From a virus (lineage: Duplodnaviria > Caudoviricetes), in the IMG/VR virus record IMGVR_UViG_3300037067_003400, positions 64,001 through 128,000 of that record: a DNA stretch of 64,000 nt. One strand, written 5' to 3'. Positions 1 through 11,126 of the stretch are shown in pieces. Numbering within the stretch: the first letter of the stretch is position 1; every line of letters begins with the position of its first letter. The position numbers were made by a program, and so were the translations under genes. The notes under the pieces were generated by a model. It was not told the origin of the DNA, ran no database searches, and saw only the letters and a program-made list of their open reading frames with translations.

Positions 1-44
1 AAGGTTACTGTATAAGTGATAGTAACCTCAAAGATTGTACTGGT

Positions 45-1031
45 ATGAAGTCAATCTTCAGCAGAATTGTTGAAATAGTCAAGAAGCGAAGCCCACGGTT
101 CAAGGATTCCAAATTTAATTATTATGCTTCTAAGTATGTGCTTAATACTGGTGTTAGTGGACAAGACCCAGAGGATTGTGACTGTGACTTACCTACTGAG
201 GTACAAGTATACCTTGATACCAATACTCATTGCTTATATGGGTGGTGTATTTCTGAAGACCCAGAGACCAGGTTTGAAGAGTTATCTGATTATGTTTTTA
301 AGACTGAAGCAGAAGCTATGTCTGTAGCCAGTGAGTATATAAATAGTAATTTTAATCCTTACGTTTTTAATGAGTATACTATAGAGCAAATCAATTCTTT
401 GGGTGATTCCAAAGAAGAAGAAGTTACTGATACTAAGACTGTTGACTCTTCTAATAGTGGTGTGTCAAGTGAAGATAGTGAGTGGTTAGTAGGTAAGGTA
501 TGTTTCTATGACCGTACTACACACAAGCTTCTTAGGATTTTGGCTAAGAATAATGTGGGGCACTGGGTATCCAGTGATACTATTCTTGGTGACCCAATAC
601 CTATATGTGATAGTGAAATATTAGGAATAGCTTTTAGTAAAGTTACTGCTGACATTTTTGACTATGAATATGTAGTGACTAAGTACTATAAGAAATTTGA
701 AGACATGGTCTTCTTTGTTAGTGCTTCACCCTTTGATTCTAATGGAGAAGGTGTTACCAGAATTTGGAAGATTAGTATGACTGATAATAATATAGGTATT
801 GTAAATGCTCTTACTTGTAGGTCTTTTTCTAAAGAAGAAGATGCTATGATAGAGGTGGATAGCTATATAGACTTTCTTAAGAAGGACAAGACTATTAAAG
901 ATTCTTCTGGTTTATTAGATACTAAAGAAACTATAACTTTAGAAGATAGAGTAGTTGAGTTAGAAAAGGATACTGCTTTTCTAAAGCAGACTGTTAGGAC
1001 TCTTAAGAGAATAGTTATGGGGTCTGATTAG
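45..1031 (+). CDS. hypothetical protein with two internal repeat units and a C-terminal coiled coil
   Basis: 328 aa ORF; repeats VFKTEAEAMSVASEYI and SFSKEEDAMIEVDSYI; C-terminal LEDRVVELEKDTAFLKQTVRTL resembles the end of ORF 3443. Confidence 0.6.
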   Translation: MKSIFSRIVEIVKKRSPRFKDSKFNYYASKYVLNTGVSGQDPEDCDCDLPTEVQVYLDTNTHCLYGWCISEDPETRFEELSDYVFKTEAEAMSVASEYINSNFNPYVFNEYTIEQINSLGDSKEEEVTDTKTVDSSNSGVSSEDSEWLVGKVCFYDRTTHKLLRILAKNNVGHWVSSDTILGDPIPICDSEILGIAFSKVTADIFDYEYVVTKYYKKFEDMVFFVSASPFDSNGEGVTRIWKISMTDNNIGIVNALTCRSFSKEEDAMIEVDSYIDFLKKDKTIKDSSGLLDTKETITLEDRVVELEKDTAFLKQTVRTLKRIVMGSD

Positions 1032-1040
1032 AGGTGTAAT

Positions 1041-1403
1041 ATGTTTGTTCTTATTATATTAGTGTTAACAATAATTCTTTTTATTGTTGCCGTGGTTTCA
1101 GACGCTAAGGTATCTTGGAAGTATGGTATTGCTGCTTTTGTAAGTACGATACTTTGTGCTATATTTGGTCTTTACTCTCAGGTGCATCCAGATTATAAGT
1201 TGTATGCTAAAGAACAAGTAGGTAATACTATTATCTATAGATATAAAGATAGTAATAGTAGTTTCTTCCATGCTCCTAATGGAGATACTTTTTATATTAG
1301 TATTGCTGGTTCTCCAAAGATACAAGTGCAAGAGGAGGAAGTAAAGAAGAAGTTATACCCTAAGGAAGAAGCTGGAAAAGTTAAGGAACATATTTTTGAT
1401 TAA
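1041..1403 (+). CDS. hypothetical membrane protein (2 TM)
   Basis: Two N-terminal hydrophobic segments; GAGG RBS upstream. Confidence 0.6.
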   Translation: MFVLIILVLTIILFIVAVVSDAKVSWKYGIAAFVSTILCAIFGLYSQVHPDYKLYAKEQVGNTIIYRYKDSNSSFFHAPNGDTFYISIAGSPKIQVQEEEVKKKLYPKEEAGKVKEHIFD

Positions 1404-1436
1404 TAGTAGGGGTAAGTACATCCCAGAGGCAGAACA

Positions 1437-2048
1437 ATGAATAGTTATGACGCTGTAGTTACAAATAATAAAAAGAATTTAGATGCTTTTATTACTAAGA
1501 CTAATGAGCACCTTAAGAGTAGTGGGTTCTCTATTAAGTTTATTGATAATGAGACTATAGAGGTTCTCTGTGGTAGTATGTCGGTGGATATCATACCTAC
1601 TAAGTGGATTAGTAGATTTGGATATCTGTATTATGGTAAACTTTCTGAAGAAGTATTGGATGTTATCAATAAGTATTCAGTTAATCTTAGCAGTAGGTTA
1701 GCTAAGGAGATGGATTTCACTGGTGGCAGTCCTATATTAACTATACATCAGATAGAAGAAGACCTCAAAGAATTACTGGGAGATGTGTATACTGTACAAA
1801 CTCGTGGTAATTATAGTATTGTTGTAAAGGACCGTAATGAAACTATTCTTGAATGGTTTATGGACATACCAACTTGTTCTACTTGGGATGCTGGAAAAGA
1901 TGTAGCTAAGATATTGGAACGCTTAAATTTAGAGTTCCAAGGTAATAAGCGTGAATGTGAACGACGAGTGAAATTTTATGACGGAAAATTGAAAGAGTTG
2001 TCAGAAAAATCCAAGGCTTTAGTGTCTAAGTATTCTATATATGGATGA
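1437..2048 (+). CDS. hypothetical protein
   Basis: 203 aa ORF, co-oriented and tightly packed. Confidence 0.55.
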   Translation: MNSYDAVVTNNKKNLDAFITKTNEHLKSSGFSIKFIDNETIEVLCGSMSVDIIPTKWISRFGYLYYGKLSEEVLDVINKYSVNLSSRLAKEMDFTGGSPILTIHQIEEDLKELLGDVYTVQTRGNYSIVVKDRNETILEWFMDIPTCSTWDAGKDVAKILERLNLEFQGNKRECERRVKFYDGKLKELSEKSKALVSKYSIYG

Positions 2049-2057
2049 GGCGCAGCA

Positions 2058-2303
2058 ATGGAAAAAGATATTTCCTTAGGTAAGTTGTTAGGTATTGTAG
2101 CTCTTGGTCTTATAGGTGGTACTATATTAGCTATAGTAGATATAGTTACTGGAAAAGAAGGAACTTATCCAACACCAGATGAGAGTATTGTACTTAGACG
2201 TGATAGAGTATGAGAATTAGAAAATAGAGTTGAAGAGTTGGAACATAAATCTCATTATGACCCAGACGCTGACAATAGCTGGTATGGGTTCATAGGATTA
2301 TGA
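2058..2303 (+). pseudogene. small membrane-anchored coiled-coil ORF interrupted by an in-frame TGA at 2211-2213
   Basis: ATG 2058 after GAGG; reads MEKDISLGKLLGIVALGLIGG...RRDRV*ELENRVEELEHK...; the heptad pattern continues across the stop. Confidence 0.5.
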
Positions 2304-2542
2304 GTATGGAGGCTGAAAAAATATGAATCCAGTGATAACAATTGAGCAAATTAATGATGACCATAAAGGTTTTACTTTTAATGGAATAAACATAATCTTT
2401 GCAAGTTGTAAAGAAGATGATGAGTATTATTTACTTATACTTTACAATGATGCTGGTGAAGAGATGGGTTCCATAGAAACTGATAAGTATACTATAGAGT
2501 ATATATAATAGATTTGGGTGGTTGTAACGTTAAGGATTAGCT

Positions 2543-3163
2543 ATGATAGATATTAATTATATAGTAAAGACTTCTAAGAAAATATATCATGCTATAGATA
2601 AGGAGTTTACTAAGAACCCCATTAATGTAGATATACGGGAAGAAGATGATTGTATTTATACAAGACCAGAAAATTCTACTGAGTTTAATAGGAAGTTTAG
2701 AACTTTAGCTTCTCGTTTTACTGCTATGAAGATAACCAATCATCTTGGTAAGATTACTTTTTCTATGGGGCCAGTTCAAGAGGCTCACGGTGGTGGGCAA
2801 TACTGTATGGTGAAGAATAATATATGGATTAGTCCTCATTATGTATGTATCTATAGGGGGAGGGGTTGTGGTTATAGTATCTTAGATGTTATAGTTCATG
2901 AGCTTACTCATTCTATGGATACTTCTCTTACTCCTACTGGAGAGTATGTTCAAGATTACTTACCCTGGGAACTTCAGTCCTGTGAAGTGCTTGCTGTATC
3001 TGCTACCATAGCAGCCAGGATCATTAGTAGTAGACTGGAGACTGGAGATATACCTATCATAGCAAGGATAGTTCTTGATGATTTGGCTATACCTTGGGAG
3101 TATTACAAACGATATTGTAAATTAGCTTTTAGAATGTTGAGAGCTAGTAAATATAAGAGGTAG
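2543..3163 (+). CDS. putative zincin-like metallopeptidase
   Basis: HExxH motif IVHELTHS with downstream Glu residues. Confidence 0.55.
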   Translation: MIDINYIVKTSKKIYHAIDKEFTKNPINVDIREEDDCIYTRPENSTEFNRKFRTLASRFTAMKITNHLGKITFSMGPVQEAHGGGQYCMVKNNIWISPHYVCIYRGRGCGYSILDVIVHELTHSMDTSLTPTGEYVQDYLPWELQSCEVLAVSATIAARIISSRLETGDIPIIARIVLDDLAIPWEYYKRYCKLAFRMLRASKYKR

Positions 3164-3442
3164 TTACTATGTATATATTTTTTTCTTGCTTTAGTTTTCT
3201 CCTTTTTGTTGTTGGTATTCTAATACTAATAGAAGGAATTAAGATTCCTGATGATACTGAGTTCATAGGAGGTACTTTTATTAGTGCTTTCGCTTTTGCT
3301 TTTACTTGTGGGCTTCTTATGACTCATGTTGGGGGTATCTTTAGATACATTACTGTTGGATTGTTTGTTGGCTCTATTATATTTATAATTCTTTTTGCTT
3401 TACTATGTATTTATGATTACTATATTTTGAAAGGAAAGAAAT

Positions 3443-4111
3443 ATGAAAACTGATGAGTATGATAAAACTGTTGAAGGTACATGGGTAGCGTTATTATACC
3501 TACGTGTGTACAGAGACATAGAGATTTGTGTTAGCTGTGATGACAAAGATACTGGTCTCTGGTGTCTTGATGTTAGTTATAGGTTAGAATCTGGAGAAAT
3601 AATTTCTAAGGATTTGGGAACTGATTTTCCTGATTACAATGAAGCGATGATAGTTGCGAATAGGTGGGTGTATAAGGAAGCCGATGATTGGTTGCTTAAT
3701 GTTACAGGTGGAACTGAATCTGATGATACACAAGTAACAGAAAATGCTACCTCTGATATAGAAGACGAGGATTATCTTGAGTATGTAAAAAATGCTAAAG
3801 ATGGTGAAGTTCCTGAAGAAGATGATAGCCCCTTTGATGGGGAGGAATTAATTATCCCAGCTATAGAGACTAAAGACTTTACTAAATGCAATGACTGTAT
3901 ACTATCTAAGATATGTATTCGTCCGAATAGTAATGACTGTGAAGCAGAGTCTACTACAGTAGAGGTAATAGTTTCTGCTATAGATACTGCTATTGCAAAG
4001 ATAGTAGAATTAGAACTTGCTACTAATGAATTGAAAAAGTCTGTCTCTAATTTGAGGACATCCATTGCCCAGCGTGGTAGTAGTGGTAGTGGTTTAATAG
4101 GACTACCCTAA
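3443..4111 (+). CDS. hypothetical protein, partial paralog of ORF 45
   Basis: DFPDYNEAMIVANRWV motif, acidic linker, CxxC...C...C cluster, C-terminal coiled coil. Confidence 0.55.
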   Translation: MKTDEYDKTVEGTWVALLYLRVYRDIEICVSCDDKDTGLWCLDVSYRLESGEIISKDLGTDFPDYNEAMIVANRWVYKEADDWLLNVTGGTESDDTQVTENATSDIEDEDYLEYVKNAKDGEVPEEDDSPFDGEELIIPAIETKDFTKCNDCILSKICIRPNSNDCEAESTTVEVIVSAIDTAIAKIVELELATNELKKSVSNLRTSIAQRGSSGSGLIGLP

Positions 4112-4121
4112 AGGTGTTGCT

Positions 4122-4595
4122 ATGATTCATGTTGTTACTAAAGATATATTTGAGAAACCAGTAGAAGCTTTAACTATACCTATAAATTGTGAGGGTAAAG
4201 TAGAGACTGGGATTCTTAAGAAGTTTAGCATCTTGTTTCCAACAGAAACTTTTTTCTATCAGGAAAATTTATGTACAGCTACTACACGGTGGCGTATGTG
4301 GGATGCGTTTATTTATACTCGGCATCAGTCTTCTCCTAAGTATGTTGCTTTCTTTCCTACTAAAGATTTTTATGATGATGAGGCTACATTAGATGATATA
4401 GGTAGGGGAATTGATGATTTAGCAAATCATATTAGGATCTTTCCTATTAGTTCTATTGCTATACCAGCTTTAGGTTGTGGAAGTGGTGGGTTGCAGTGGA
4501 AAGATGTTAAAGAAGTTATGGAGCATGGTTTAAGACGAGCTGCTTTGCAGTGTGAGATTTATTTACACACTCCTCATACTATTCCTTATGAGTAG
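4122..4595 (+). CDS. macrodomain protein (DarG/YmdB-like), degenerate Gly-rich loop
   Basis: DIF...IPINCEG...FFPTK...SIAIPALGCGSGGLQW motifs. Confidence 0.85.
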   Translation: MIHVVTKDIFEKPVEALTIPINCEGKVETGILKKFSILFPTETFFYQENLCTATTRWRMWDAFIYTRHQSSPKYVAFFPTKDFYDDEATLDDIGRGIDDLANHIRIFPISSIAIPALGCGSGGLQWKDVKEVMEHGLRRAALQCEIYLHTPHTIPYE

Positions 4596-4674
4596 ATTGT
4601 ACATTGTGGACAATTGCTTGTTACATTTGTAAAAAATGCCCTGCCATGGGTTTGGGTAATGTGGAGTTTATATT

Positions 4675-5148
4675 ATGATAACATTTAGTCATGGTAATAT
4701 ACTTGAGGCTAATGTAGAGTGTATAGTTATACCTGTTAATTGTGTAGGTGTAATGGGTGCTGGATTAGCTAAACAGTATAAGGAAAAGTACCCGACAGCA
4801 TTCAGGTACTATAGAGATAGTGTATGTGCTCTTGGTAGATTAACTATTGGCGATGCTTTTATTTACTGTCATGGTAGTAGAAACTCTCCTATGTATTCTC
4901 TTTGGTTTCCAACTAAGGCTGATTGGAGATGTGCTTCTCGTATAGAGGATATAAAAAATGGATTAGATGATATGGTTTTTCATATGAGAGACTCCGGTAT
5001 AAACTCTATAGCTATTCCTGCTTTAGGATGTGGTCTCGGTGGGTTAAACTGGGATGATGTTAAGCCTCTCATTATGAAGGCTATAACTGATGAGTTTGAC
5101 ACTACTAAAATTGAAGTTATTATATACGAACCAGATAGGTATGAGTGA
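4675..5148 (+). CDS. macrodomain ADP-ribosylhydrolase (DarG-like)
   Basis: GNIL...PVNCVGVMGAGLAKQ...FPTKADWR...SIAIPALGCGLGGLNW. Confidence 0.92.
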   Translation: MITFSHGNILEANVECIVIPVNCVGVMGAGLAKQYKEKYPTAFRYYRDSVCALGRLTIGDAFIYCHGSRNSPMYSLWFPTKADWRCASRIEDIKNGLDDMVFHMRDSGINSIAIPALGCGLGGLNWDDVKPLIMKAITDEFDTTKIEVIIYEPDRYE

Positions 5149-5156
5149 GGTGTGGT

Positions 5157-6170
5157 ATGGAAAGAAAGTTAGCATCAGTTCAAGTTGTATCTAATCTTGT
5201 ACCAATAGAGGGTGCAGATTTTATAGAAATGGCAGTCGTTGGTGGTTGGCACACTATAGTTAAGAAGGGTGAGTTCACTATTGGTGGACTTGCTATATTC
5301 TTAGAAGTAGATAGTGTGTTGAATCCAGATCTTTGCTGGGTACAAGAGTATGCTTCTTTTATGGAAGCTCGTAAGTGGAGAGTAAAGACTCTTAAGATGA
5401 AGGGTGTTCTTTCTCAGGGTTTACTAATACCTATGTCTGTTCTGGGAGAATTTGCCGACGCTACTGAAGATACAGATGTAACAGAAGCATTAGGTATCGT
5501 AAAGTATGAAGTTCCAGAATTCACTGGAGTAGGAAGGTTTACTGGTAGGAGAGTTTCTACTTTCCCAACTCACTTAATCTCTAAGACTGATGAGACACGT
5601 ATACAATCTAAGATGAAACTTCTTAGTGAATTAAAAGGCTTGCCTTATTATATTACCGAGAAAGCAGATGGTAGTAGTGTTACATATGTAACAGTAAGCG
5701 ATGAAGTGGTAGCTTGCTCAAGAAACAATATGCTTGACAAGGAAAATACTTTCTGGGAAACTGGAGAACGTTACGACTTATTAAGAAAGTTAACAGAGCA
5801 TCCAGAGATAGCTTTACAAGCAGAGATTATAGGACCTGGTATTCAGAAGAATAGATATAATCTCTATGTACATGAGCTTAGATTCTTTAATGCTTATAAC
5901 TTAGTAGACAGAAGATACCTTGACTTCGAGGGGTTAGTTAGATTATGCCTGGACTGGAACCTTCCAATGGTAGAGGTAGTAGAATGTGGTGATTGTTTTG
6001 ACTATACTTTGGAACAGTTATTAGAATTGGCAAAGGGTAAATACCCAGGGACAAGTAATGACAGAGAAGGTATAGTTGTCAGGCCACAGGACGAAACTTA
6101 TTCCCAGAGTTTACAAGGTAGACTTAGTTTTAAAGTACTTAACAACGACTTCTTACTCAAGGAGAAGTAA
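5157..6170 (+). CDS. ATP-dependent RNA ligase, Rnl2/DRB0094 family with N-terminal OB-like domain
   Basis: RKLASV...PIEGADFIE N-terminus; KTDETRIQ; motif I TEKADGSS; AEIIGPGIQKN; REGIVVR; SFKV. Confidence 0.92.
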   Translation: MERKLASVQVVSNLVPIEGADFIEMAVVGGWHTIVKKGEFTIGGLAIFLEVDSVLNPDLCWVQEYASFMEARKWRVKTLKMKGVLSQGLLIPMSVLGEFADATEDTDVTEALGIVKYEVPEFTGVGRFTGRRVSTFPTHLISKTDETRIQSKMKLLSELKGLPYYITEKADGSSVTYVTVSDEVVACSRNNMLDKENTFWETGERYDLLRKLTEHPEIALQAEIIGPGIQKNRYNLYVHELRFFNAYNLVDRRYLDFEGLVRLCLDWNLPMVEVVECGDCFDYTLEQLLELAKGKYPGTSNDREGIVVRPQDETYSQSLQGRLSFKVLNNDFLLKEK

Positions 6171-9100
6171 ATGAAAGTTATTAGATTTGATGAGAAGGAA
6201 AGGCTACTGAACCCAAAGGATTTAGATGAGCTATTGCGTACTCTTGCTGAGAAACTACAGAGTATGTTGGGAACTGATTTAAATATTACATATATAGTTC
6301 ATGCAAATTCTATTGTTGTCGGAGTATGTACAGATGGACAGGATGATAGCTATTACAAGAGTAATTTTCTTCTTTCTGCATGCAAATCTTCCAAGCCTCA
6401 ATGCTATGATAATGCTAAGATAGTATTAAATGTTGGTATGTGCATCGAGACAATTTTAGGAAATAAGGCACGGCATTTAAGTGATTTGGCACGTTGTATT
6501 ATGGTAGCTCATGACAATGTTAGCAATGTGTGTAATAAATTCTTAAGAGAGAACTAACTATGAGTGTATTTGAGAAACTAATCGGTGACTTAGCATACGA
6601 ACACATACAAGAGAGGGATAAGCGATATCCTTTTGTAAAAACCACTAAGTGTTCACGATGTGGACATAAGTGTCATACTATAAGTCAAAATGATATACAT
6701 TACGTTCCTAAGTTTAGGAGTCCGTTTACAAGCAAGCCTCTTTGTTACACGTGTATTAAAGAAGTGTTCTCTTGGGTGTGTGATATATGTTCTCGTTTCT
6801 CTGATGGTTATGATGATTCATGGGTAGAGATAAAAGGTCGTATGTTTTGTGATAACTGTGTTGAGAAATTGGCAGATAGATTAGTTGATAAACTGGAAGA
6901 GTTAAGCAGATGATTATATATAATAAGACACATAGAAAGAAAGCTAAAACTATAGAAGAGAGACTAACTATATTAGAGAAAGAGTTTAAAGAATTTAGAG
7001 ACTCTACTCCTAAGTATGGTGTCTTCGTGACTCCTTCTAATCAACCTACTTACTTTCCAAGAGAAATTGGGATAAGATACTAATGAATAAGTACATTAAA
7101 CTACTGGAGAATGGTTCTATAAACTGGAAAGAATTGCAGTCTTTTCTTGATGAGTTGAATGAAGAGCTAAAGTTAATTGGGAACTTCACAGTTGCTATTG
7201 AGCCTTTCCTTGAATATGTATGTATCTTTACTGATACACAATATGTGTCTAAAAAGATAGCCATTTCTGATATGTTAGTTGATACTGGAAATATTCTTGA
7301 CTTTGGTAGTCTACGTGATGAGGTGTATGCAGCTGTTATAAGTTGTTTGTATGCAAAAAAATCTTATATTGATGACACTATCATTACAGTTGAGACTAAA
7401 ATAACAGATGCTAAGCAACTTCGTAAGAAGTTTGGTGTTAGGATGGAGACTTAGTTAGTAAGAGTATATTAAATAGGTGGGTTATTATGAAAGATAGAAC
7501 TACTATGACTACTGCTCAGTTAGAAGCAGAGCGTGAAGAGATTGATAATATTATTGCTGATAGGGAAGAAGCTAATGAAGAGAGGGTTGAGTCTCTTAAT
7601 ATAGTACTTCATCCCTTAGGGTTTAATGCCCGGGCACCATACTTTGATTCTATTGGTTTAGCCCTTGGGGTAAATGGTGCAGGTGATTTTAAGAAGTTTC
7701 CTAAAGAGGAGTTCCTTGGAAAAGATGATATGGTAGACACCGAAAAACTTCTTGTTGCTATGCTTCTTGTTATAAGAAGAGAGCTTACCAAAGGTATACA
7801 GACCGCAGAGACAGAGCTAACTACGAATACAGTAGTTTTGCAGGATAGAGTAAAGACATACAAAGCATCTCTTGACAAATGTGAAGAACTTTTATCTAAG
7901 AAACTTTACGGACCTGTTGGAGGGTAGTATAATGTTTAGAAAGATACCTGTTATTAATGGTGATATAAGCAAAGAAGAGATAGGTTGCCTAACAAGGTCT
8001 ATAAACTGGTCTATTCCTGGTATTACTAATATTTGTGTTGAGTATTATACATTAGACTCTGCTAAGATTCTTTCTTCAAAGCGTTTACACTTGAGGAACC
8101 GTGGTACTGAAAAAGAATATGGTAAAGTGTTTCTTCTTGAGCAGTATGTTTGTGAGGATGGGCTTGATACTCTTGCTTTGGCAGCTGATGTTCTTTCTAC
8201 TATTAACGGTCTTGGGATTAAGTTTGATTTAATGAATATATTAGGAAAAGTTGAAAGAGAATACGCAGAAACTTATGTTAATTTGTTTTTACATAATATA
8301 AGTGAGGTTCTTTCTGATATAGGTATCTCTGTTTATACTGATACCAATGAAGTTTATATTAGGAGAGAAGGTAGAAGCTTCAAGTCATTCCTTCTTTCTT
8401 GTCATATGAAAGAATGTATACTCAATGAGAAGACTTGTAGAGATGCTGTTATAAAGAATGCTATGTCTCTACTATCTGAGACATGTGATAGCTGTAGAGA
8501 ACAATTGTCTGAGTGTTTAATGAATATTAAATTCTTGGAAGAATATAAAGATGATTGTAGTAGTCTAAAGTAGCAAGAGTTAGAGAGTGTTACACTGTGG
8601 AGGTGTATTATGACTGAGAAACAAGTGAGACAGGCTATAGGTTTGCCTCCAGAATATAAGAAGATAGATGTATTTGAGTCTGTTTTACTTTATGATAAGG
8701 GTGGGCTGGGGCATGATGGTATGACTTTTCTTAGTAGCCTTGCTCTTAGTATAACCGAGTCCCTTGAAGAACACTCTGATATATGTGAGATAGAAGTTAA
8801 GAGTTATCCTTATGTAGATGAGATTGAAATTTCTATGGATAGTGAAGATATCTTATTTGAAGATGATGCTAATGTATTACATGTTTCAGATTTTATGCAA
8901 GGTGATATCCTTGATGTTAAAGCATTAAGGTATAGTATCTATGCTACTATTTCTAGACTATTAAAAGATGTAGCTGAAGAATATAGGCAACAGTCTTTAA
9001 AGTTTTCGGAGTATAGTAGTAAGACTACTGAACTTTCTAAGAAAGTTTATGATGAAGTGGTGAAAGGATAGTATTATGGTAGAGCTTGTAGAAGATGCTG

Positions 9101-11126
9101 ATTTCTATGTAGATCCAAGTGTCCAGATGCAAATCGAAGCTTTAGTGGAAGCTATTAATGCAGACTTAGAAAGTATTCCTTCTGAGATGTTCTTAGTTTC
9201 TATAGATTACTTCCCTTGTGATATGCAGTTAGAAATAATTGTAGAAGATATAGTTACTTCTGACTTGATAGAATTCCCAGAAGATAGAAATGTAGTAGAA
9301 TTAGATCAGTATATAGAAGGTGAGCATCTAAATACTTCTGCGTTGGTATATAAGTTACGAACAACCATTGATAAGTTGTTTGATGATATAGCTACTGATT
9401 GCAGGGAAACTATTAATAGTGCTGCTGATTATAGCATAGCTGTTCTTGGTAGAGAATGGGGAGATATAGATATTAGTTTAGTAGTACTGAATATGATTGA
9501 AGAAGGTTGAAGCATAGTAAGGAGAACAGTTTATGGAAGAAATATGTTATCAACTTAATGAGTATCATGGGTTTGTAGATGAAGAGGATGATAATGCTGC
9601 TTATGATGCTATAGATAGAATTCTTAATCCGTATAATATAGATTTTTGTTGGGATGAGGATGAGATATCTTTTACAGATCGTGATCCATGGTTTGATGGA
9701 GAGGGAGCTGAATTTGAGTTACCCTCCTTAGATATTGCAAACTATATAGATGATGAGGATGTATTAAACTTATCTCAACTTTTGATAGCTGTTATAAAGG
9801 CAATCAAAGAGCACTTCCAGTGGAAAGTATCACATGCAAGTTCTATATTAACTCTATCTAAGAAACAAGAGAGACAGTTTGCTATGGCAGTTTCGTCTTA
9901 TGTTAAGGAAATAGAATATGAGTAGAGTGAAGTCTTGTGTTCCTGTTAGTCAAGGTATATTCTTTACGATAGCAGAAGCTGGTAGTCGTGTTAAGAAATA
10001 TGGTTATCATGTTACTGGTAGAGCTTCTGATAAAGAAGTTGAGTTAATATTGTGGGGGCCAGCCCCCAGAAGCTCTATCTATAGTACAACCAAGTCTCTT
10101 AAAGATGATGGTACTATTGATACTGATTGCTTAGTTAAGACTGTATGTGTTTTAGCTATACTGGATCTTACTACTCAAGTAGATGAGTTACGTTCTAATA
10201 TAAGAGAACTTTCTGGGATATTTGGTGTCGAGTTTGATGGCATTAGTAGTAAGAATGTAAGTGAGGTAACTTAGATGGTTGCTATTCCTTGGTTGATATT
10301 AGTTATTGGTATGGGGCTTCTTGTTACGTTCTTGTTGTGTGATGATTCAGATCATGCTACTGTATTAAAGCGTCGTAAGAAAGAACGTAAATACTTTGAA
10401 GAAAGAATGAAATGTTATGACAAGAATGTGAATGCTGAGGTATAGATATGAAGATAGAACTTCCCTTTGAGTTTGGTGATTGGGTTTATGTTGTTACTGA
10501 GCAGACGGAATATACAAACTACGAACCTTGTGAACATTGTGGTATGATAAAACCAATAGCACATTCAAGGTATATAGTTGTTAGAATGATTGTAGATTAT
10601 GTTGGGTCTGATGGTGAAGAGATTAACATTAATTTATATGATGAAACAAATGTTCAGGAAACTCTTTATGCTGTACATCCTGATATGGTATTTGTTAAAT
10701 TAAAAGATGCTCGTGCTAAATGTAAGGAGTTGTCTGCTAATGCTTGATAAATATGTAGTGGATATGCTTGGGCATTTTATGGATGAACGTGCCGAGGAAA
10801 CTATAGTCTCAGAAATTAATGAGGTTATAAAACCTTTTGGTTTTACTTTTCATGGTGACCAATATAGTAGACGTATTCTTAAGGGCTATCTTGTTCGAAA
10901 TATTGATGAAGCTGTAGTTCATTCCAATATACCAAAGGGTCATTTTATAAGGGATGGATTCTTTCATGCTAATGTTCTACTAACATTCATACTTAACAAT
11001 ATCGAGAGCCGATTAGAAGATGTTGTAGATGATTGTGAAGAAGAACTTAGAGATGCTAAAAAGAAGTTTGACTCTTTTACTGCGGTAAGAAAGAAGTATG
11101 TAGATGAAAATAGGGATAGTGTCTGA
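6171..11126 (+). repeat. array of about 9 divergent paralogous small ORFs (6171, 7083, 7487, 7932, 8610, 9076, 9533, 9918, 10740)
   Basis: Shared [FY]-hydrophobic-x-[DG]-x-[LI]-[DN]-xxx-L motif followed by a long amphipathic helix. Confidence 0.55.
6560..6913 (+). CDS. zinc-finger protein
   Basis: Four CxxC pairs (CSRC, CYTC, CDIC, CDNC). Confidence 0.6.
   Translation: MSVFEKLIGDLAYEHIQERDKRYPFVKTTKCSRCGHKCHTISQNDIHYVPKFRSPFTSKPLCYTCIKEVFSWVCDICSRFSDGYDDSWVEIKGRMFCDNCVEKLADRLVDKLEELSR

Noticed and set aside
2211-2213. Genome-wide stop-codon reassignment
   Set aside because: TGA, TAG and TAA all end genes normally here, long genes are intact under code 11, and no suppressor tRNA is seen.
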